A stretch of 40,156 bases of DNA from a virus. The position numbers and the translations under genes were made by a program. The DNA lies in IMG/VR virus record IMGVR_UViG_3300027800_000009. The stretch is one strand, 5' to 3'. The notes beneath the pieces are model-generated. The model was not told where the DNA came from. It saw only the letters and a program-made list of their open reading frames with translations, and did no database searches. This document shows positions 39,669 to 40,156 of this stretch, in pieces (position 1 is the first letter of the stretch; every line of letters begins with the position of its first letter).

Positions 39669-40019
39669 ATGCAATGTGAGGCCCATGAATTGCTTACGGA
39701 AGTACTCGACGGATTAAAAAATGGTCAGAATCAACTTTATAACCTTGACAGGGAGAAGGCCAAGGAAATGAGTGAATTAAAACAAAGCGTTACCCGTCTA
39801 GAGGAATCGACAAAAGCGGGTTTTCTTGCCGTTAATACTTGGCAAGAATCATTCGAAAAAAAGCAACTTGAACGAGACGCGGCGTTAAACGTGAATATGA
39901 CAAAATTACTTGCAGCATCATCGCGGAGGAAATGGACGCCAAAAGCTATTATTGCCTTAATCGGTACCTTGCTTGGATCAGGCGGAATCGCTGCTATTCT
40001 GGTAATTTTTGTGAAATAA
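39669..40019 (+). CDS. Coiled-coil protein with a C-terminal TM anchor, 116 aa
   Basis: C-terminus AIIALIGTLLGSGGIAAILVIFV. Located between the peptidase and the holin-like gene. Confidence 0.6.
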   Translation: MQCEAHELLTEVLDGLKNGQNQLYNLDREKAKEMSELKQSVTRLEESTKAGFLAVNTWQESFEKKQLERDAALNVNMTKLLAASSRRKWTPKAIIALIGTLLGSGGIAAILVIFVK

Positions 40020-40029
40020 AGGAGCAAAC

Positions 40030-40156
40030 ATGAAAGGCTTTTTTGGGATCTTCAAGGAATCTGACGGGGCGTGGTCAATGCGCCGCGTGTTGGCCTTTAT
40101 CGGTTTTGTCGCCGGTATCGCGTGTGGGATTATCGCGGTGCTTTTTGGAAAGACTT
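40030..40156. repeat. Terminal direct repeat, copy 2 (5' part of the holin-like gene again)
   Basis: Identical to 1..127, preceded by RBS AAGGAG (40019-40024). Confidence 0.95.

Overview
The window is a complete dsDNA phage genome with a contractile tail. The first 127 bases recur verbatim as the last 127 (1..127 = 40030..40156), so the unique length is about 40,029 bp, either circular or circularly permuted. All protein calls come from reading the supplied translations by eye; no database search or folding program was run.

Layout:
- Plus strand 9504..36201: HTH regulator, Toprim plus RecA-like primase/helicase, an iteron-rich candidate origin, VRR-NUC nuclease, small and large terminase, portal, Mu F-like head protein, scaffold/protease-like protein, decoration-like protein, major capsid protein, connector proteins, sheath, tube, frameshifted tail chaperone, tape measure, baseplate (hub, spike, W-like, J-like, DUF2612-like), and an 804-aa tail fibre.
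- Plus strand 36346..704, across the contig junction: RHH protein, a consensus promoter driving tRNA-Met(CAT), a structured leader, SF2 helicase, and a lysis-type cluster (C39-like peptidase plus three small membrane proteins).
- Minus strand 9369..755: an early operon with Gp157-like, Sak4-like AAA ATPase and DUF669 SSB-like proteins, a PD-(D/E)XK nuclease, a DUF4406-like protein, an SLT lipoprotein and many small ORFs.

Most unusual observation: the distal end of the minus-strand operon (699..2934) is built like an integron cassette array.
- Six small-ORF units are each followed by a 58-63 nt imperfect palindrome. These palindromes have RYYYAAC/GTTRRRY-type outer boxes, covarying arms and two conserved bulged bases, which is attC-like.
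- The upstream boundary looks like an attI simple site.
- A seventh, solo cassette sits antisense in the head module (16909..17365). It has its own promoter, a second copy of the boundary sequence and a half attC.
- No integrase of any kind is recognisable in the genome.

Other points: three apparently leaderless promoter-ATG arrangements, a 20-bp helix that sequesters the Shine-Dalgarno of the helicase operon, an AT-rich antisense moron island, a sialyltransferase-like gene in the structural module, and a tail-fibre C-terminus made of six near-identical about 137-bp repeats.
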